Origin: Methanocaldococcus jannaschii DSM 2661
GTDB taxonomy: Archaea > AGJL01 > Methanococci > Methanococcales > Methanocaldococcaceae
Assembly: GCF_000091665.1 (NCBI RefSeq)
Contig: NC_000909.1
Coordinates: 533,581-565,580 of the forward strand
Reading direction: 5' to 3'
Length of the DNA: 32,000 nucleotides
Below the pieces are notes generated by a model. That model saw nothing but the letters and a program-made list of their open reading frames with translations. It ran no database searches and was not told the origin of the DNA. Each line of letters starts with the position of its first letter. Positions within the stretch are counted from its first letter, which is position 1. A program made the position numbers and the translations under genes. Positions 28,769-32,000 of this stretch are shown one piece after another.

Positions 28769-29124
28769 AAATATTTATTCTTTATAATAAATATTTAGCT
28801 TTTACTTTTGAAATATTTTGTTTTCTTTTCTTAATCGTATATTTCTCATAAAATCTTTATCTAATACAACATAAAAATAAGAAATGGTCTTATTAACAAT
28901 CTCAAATAATAAAAAAATTTTTATATGATTATCAACATTATTGATATGAGAAAATGCTAATTTTTAAAAGCTCTAAGTTTTTAGCTAAAGGAATTTTTCC
29001 TATTTTTATTTAAAGATTTGATGTAATTTTCGATGAAATTCTAACAAAAAAAGTTTATGAAGATGTTTGGAGGTCGTTAATAGAATATCAAATTATTTAA
29101 ATTAAATGGTGTAGAGGTGATATT

Positions 29125-30987
29125 ATGACAATAAAATCCATGACTGAGTATGAAACCATTAGTTATAAAACATTTTTGGACATATTTTCTCCACTTCCAG
29201 AGATTGGAGAAATTTTGGAAGAGAGTGAGAGTGTAGAAGAAGCGAGAGAGAAATTATTTGAATTTTGTAAAGAATTAGAGTGGGAAATTAGAATGGGAAG
29301 AATAAAGTTTGATAATGAAGTTGATAGATGGTTGGCTTTAAAGGCAATTGAAGTATTTTTAAACATAATATCCAAAGATAATGAGAGATTGGCAGGTTTC
29401 AGCACATTAGAATATTTATGGAAAGCATATAAGGGAGATGAAGAGGCTTTAAAAGAAATTAGGGAGGGGTTTATTGAAGAATTTAGACATTTATTCTTAG
29501 CAATGTCTGGAAAGGCAGATTATTCATTAGGGTTTTTAGGGAAGAGATTATTAGAAGAAGGAGTTAAATTTATTGATTTCAGCAAAATAAAAGGTAGAGA
29601 GGCAGGGATAGCGAGGTCTAATTTCTTAGACAAGGTTTATGAAATTATGAGGGAGTATATAAGCAGATATCCAAGTGGGTTAGATAAGAGAATTATCTTA
29701 AAGAGAAAAAAGAATAGAGAGATTTTAGAGGAATTTTTTGGAATAACTGACGAAGAGTGGTTTAATTACAAATGGCAATTTAAGAATGTATTGAGAGGTT
29801 TAAAAGGCGTTAAGATATTGAGAGAGTTAAGAGAGGTGACAAACTTTAAAATATCAGATGAAGATTTAGAGATTATTGAAAAAGCTGTAAAGAATGGCAT
29901 ACCATTTGGATTAACCCCTTATTATCTCCACTTATTTGACTTTGAAAACCCTTACGTTGAGGATTTGGCAGTTAGAAGGCAGGTTATTCCACCAGAGTGG
30001 TATGTTGAAAAGATGATTGAGCATAAAGAAGATAGGAACATAGCATTTGACTTCATGGGAGAGCATGACACTTCTCCAATAGATTTAGTAACAAGGAGAT
30101 ATGTAACTATAGCAATCATTAAGCCTTATGAATCCTGCCCACAGATTTGTGTCTATTGTCAAAGAAACTGGATGGTGCAAGATTTTGATGCTAAGGCGTT
30201 CCCAGGATGGGAGAAGGTTGAGAAAGCTTTAGATTGGTTTGCTGAACACGATTCAATGATTGAAATCTTAATTACAGGAGGAGACCCATTCAGCTTAAGC
30301 GATAAAGCTATCGAAAAAATGCTAAATAGAATAGCTGAGATGAACCACGTTGTAGGAGTTAGATTTGGAACAAGAACAATAGTAACTGCCCCAATGAGAA
30401 TAACGGATGAATTAGCTGAGTTATTAGGAAGTTTTGAAAAGAGTTTGATGATTTCAACACATGTAGAGAGTTGTTATGAGATAACTCCAGAAGTTGCTGA
30501 GGCTGTTAAAAAGTTGAGAACAAATAATATCTACATCTATAATCAACATGTATTCCACAGATATGTAAGTAGGAGATTTGAAAACGTAGCTTTAAGAATT
30601 GCTTTAAAGAAGGTTGGAATTATTCCTTACTATACTTTTTATCCAAAAGGGAAGATGGAACATAAAGATTACTTGGTTCCAATAGCAAGATTAGCTCAGG
30701 AAGTTAAAGAGGAAGCAAGATTGCTTCCAGGTTCATTTAGAACAGATGAGCCAATATTCAACGTCCCAAGAATGGGGAAAAATCACTTGAGAGCATGGCA
30801 GGATAGAGAGTTAATAGCTATAAAGCCAAATGGAAGTAGGGTTTATTTAATGCATCCATGGGAGAAGGGGATATATCCAACTAAACTCTACACATATGAA
30901 GATGTTCCAATTAAGGAATACTTAGACAGTTTAAAAGAGATTGGAGAAAACATTGAGGAGTATAAAACAATATGGTATTATTATTAA
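29125..30987 (+). CDS. KamA-family radical SAM aminomutase-like enzyme with long N-terminal region
   Basis: CPQICVYCQRNW (CxxxCxxC), EILITGGDPFSLSD and RFGTRTIVTAPMRI. Confidence 0.88.
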   Translation: MTIKSMTEYETISYKTFLDIFSPLPEIGEILEESESVEEAREKLFEFCKELEWEIRMGRIKFDNEVDRWLALKAIEVFLNIISKDNERLAGFSTLEYLWKAYKGDEEALKEIREGFIEEFRHLFLAMSGKADYSLGFLGKRLLEEGVKFIDFSKIKGREAGIARSNFLDKVYEIMREYISRYPSGLDKRIILKRKKNREILEEFFGITDEEWFNYKWQFKNVLRGLKGVKILRELREVTNFKISDEDLEIIEKAVKNGIPFGLTPYYLHLFDFENPYVEDLAVRRQVIPPEWYVEKMIEHKEDRNIAFDFMGEHDTSPIDLVTRRYVTIAIIKPYESCPQICVYCQRNWMVQDFDAKAFPGWEKVEKALDWFAEHDSMIEILITGGDPFSLSDKAIEKMLNRIAEMNHVVGVRFGTRTIVTAPMRITDELAELLGSFEKSLMISTHVESCYEITPEVAEAVKKLRTNNIYIYNQHVFHRYVSRRFENVALRIALKKVGIIPYYTFYPKGKMEHKDYLVPIARLAQEVKEEARLLPGSFRTDEPIFNVPRMGKNHLRAWQDRELIAIKPNGSRVYLMHPWEKGIYPTKLYTYEDVPIKEYLDSLKEIGENIEEYKTIWYYY

Positions 30988-31098
30988 ACTTTCTACTTTT
31001 TTTATTCTAATTTATTTTATCTAATTTTTATCAATTGCGCACTCTTTTTTATTTATATTATTGTATTTATATAGTTAAATAAATTTATAGACGAAAAG

Positions 31099-31106
31099 TT
31101 TATATA
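31099..31106 (+). promoter_or_regulatory. Probable TATA box (TTTATATA) upstream of the lipoprotein gene
   Basis: AT-rich TATA-like box about 115 nt upstream of the ATG. Confidence 0.4.
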
Positions 31107-31215
31107 TTAGAATCGCAAATTTGTGGGGCTTCACAAATGGAGGTGATAATATGAAGAGATAGAAAAAAGCAGTGGGTTATAACTAATGATAACCTGTTAG
31201 GGGGAGGTGAAATTT

Positions 31216-32000
31216 ATGAGAATAGTAAGAATATTGGCTATTTTATTAGCCCTAATTATAGGAACTTCATTGTGTGGATGTTTAAATGACAGTAAAAGTG
31301 AGGCGGATGAATTAATCAAAATGTTACCAGTTGATTATAATGGCTTTGTATATGTGAATTTTAAAAATATTGAAGATAGCAAATATTCATCAGAGTACCG
31401 TTCAAAAATTTTGAATGCTTTAAGATTGGGAAATGCAAACGGTGAAAAGACAGGGATATATATCAACAAAACTAAAAGGATGATTTTTTCAGGCAGTGGT
31501 TATGATAGGTTCGTTATTATTATTGAAGGAGATTATGACTTTGATAAGTTTAAAAATCATCTCAAAGAAATTGGGGTAAATCCAGTAGAAGAGTATGGAG
31601 GATTTAAGATATATACAAAACCTAACGATGATAAAATTGCATTAACATTTTATAAGGATATGATAATTGCAGGGACTAAGCAGGGAGTTTATGACTGCAT
31701 AAATGTAATTAATGGAGAGATGGATTCTTTATTGAAAAATAGAGAAGTTATGGAAATATATGATAGACTTCCATCAGATGCTTGTGTTTATGAAGTTAGT
31801 GGCACTTACAGCCCATGGTATAAAACAGTGGCAGAAGGAATGTCAATATCATTTGAAAATAACGACAGAGTTAAAGTTGTTAGAGTTGAAAAATACAAGG
31901 ATGAAGAGACTGCAAAAGAAAAATATGAAGAGTTATTAAAGAAAAAAGATAGAGATAAAGAAGAAATGGAGAAAAAAGGAATTACTGCAGATATAAAATT
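31216..32000 (+). CDS. Putative secreted lipoprotein, truncated at the window edge
   Basis: Open to the window end, so absent from the track. MRIVRILAILLALIIGTSLCGCLNDSKSEAD has a signal peptide and lipobox-like LCGC; start preceded by GGGGAGGTGA. Confidence 0.87.
   Translation, partial: MRIVRILAILLALIIGTSLCGCLNDSKSEADELIKMLPVDYNGFVYVNFKNIEDSKYSSEYRSKILNALRLGNANGEKTGIYINKTKRMIFSGSGYDRFVIIIEGDYDFDKFKNHLKEIGVNPVEEYGGFKIYTKPNDDKIALTFYKDMIIAGTKQGVYDCINVINGEMDSLLKNREVMEIYDRLPSDACVYEVSGTYSPWYKTVAEGMSISFENNDRVKVVRVEKYKDEETAKEKYEELLKKKDRDKEEMEKKGITADIK

Noticed and set aside
28769-29124. AT-rich intergenic region after leuS examined for C/D box RNA or gene remnants
   Set aside because: No convincing C/D box pairs, stable stems or open frame; composition matches ordinary intergenic DNA here.
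1-32000. Large mobile element, prophage or multi-gene defence island
   Set aside because: No integrase, transposase, restriction-modification, phage structural or cas genes are present; nearly every large ORF is a recognisable housekeeping or conserved archaeal gene.

Overview
The window is almost certainly a segment of the Methanocaldococcus jannaschii chromosome, roughly MJ0602-MJ0635. I recognised this from the protein sequences and gene order; no database check was run. It is mostly ordinary, densely packed archaeal housekeeping DNA, and I see no CRISPR array, transposase, prophage or multi-gene defence island. Recognisable genes include hemL, an HEPN/MNT pair, Mn-dependent pyrophosphatase, an APC transporter, SepSecS, a rhomboid, an S2P-like protease, a PAP2-like protein, prephenate dehydrogenase, endonuclease III fused to a DUF123/GIY-YIG-like domain, a DUF22 protein, A-type ATPase subunit D, purE, a fumarase beta-like protein, a DUF167 protein, a radical SAM enzyme, an ATP-grasp ligase (MptN-like), ftsZ, a phosphodiesterase, ferredoxin, two paralogous archaeal ATPases, purO, a PhoU-like/PiT pair, a hydrogenase maturation protease, leuS, a KamA-family enzyme and a truncated lipoprotein. 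There are two GC-rich structured RNAs: the SRP 7S RNA (about 18957-19280) and a two-hairpin H/ACA-like guide RNA (about 4012-4164) whose second pocket matches the archaeal 23S A-loop. The strongest unusual signals are: (1) the last 24 codons plus stop of the ATPase subunit D gene are duplicated downstream, with 13 differences in 75 nt, all in third codon positions and none changing an amino acid; (2) the 134 bp between the two copies is a string of small palindromes with conserved linkers, and a matching string occurs at 10124-10233; (3) a 17-nt palindromic core is shared by three loci in the window.
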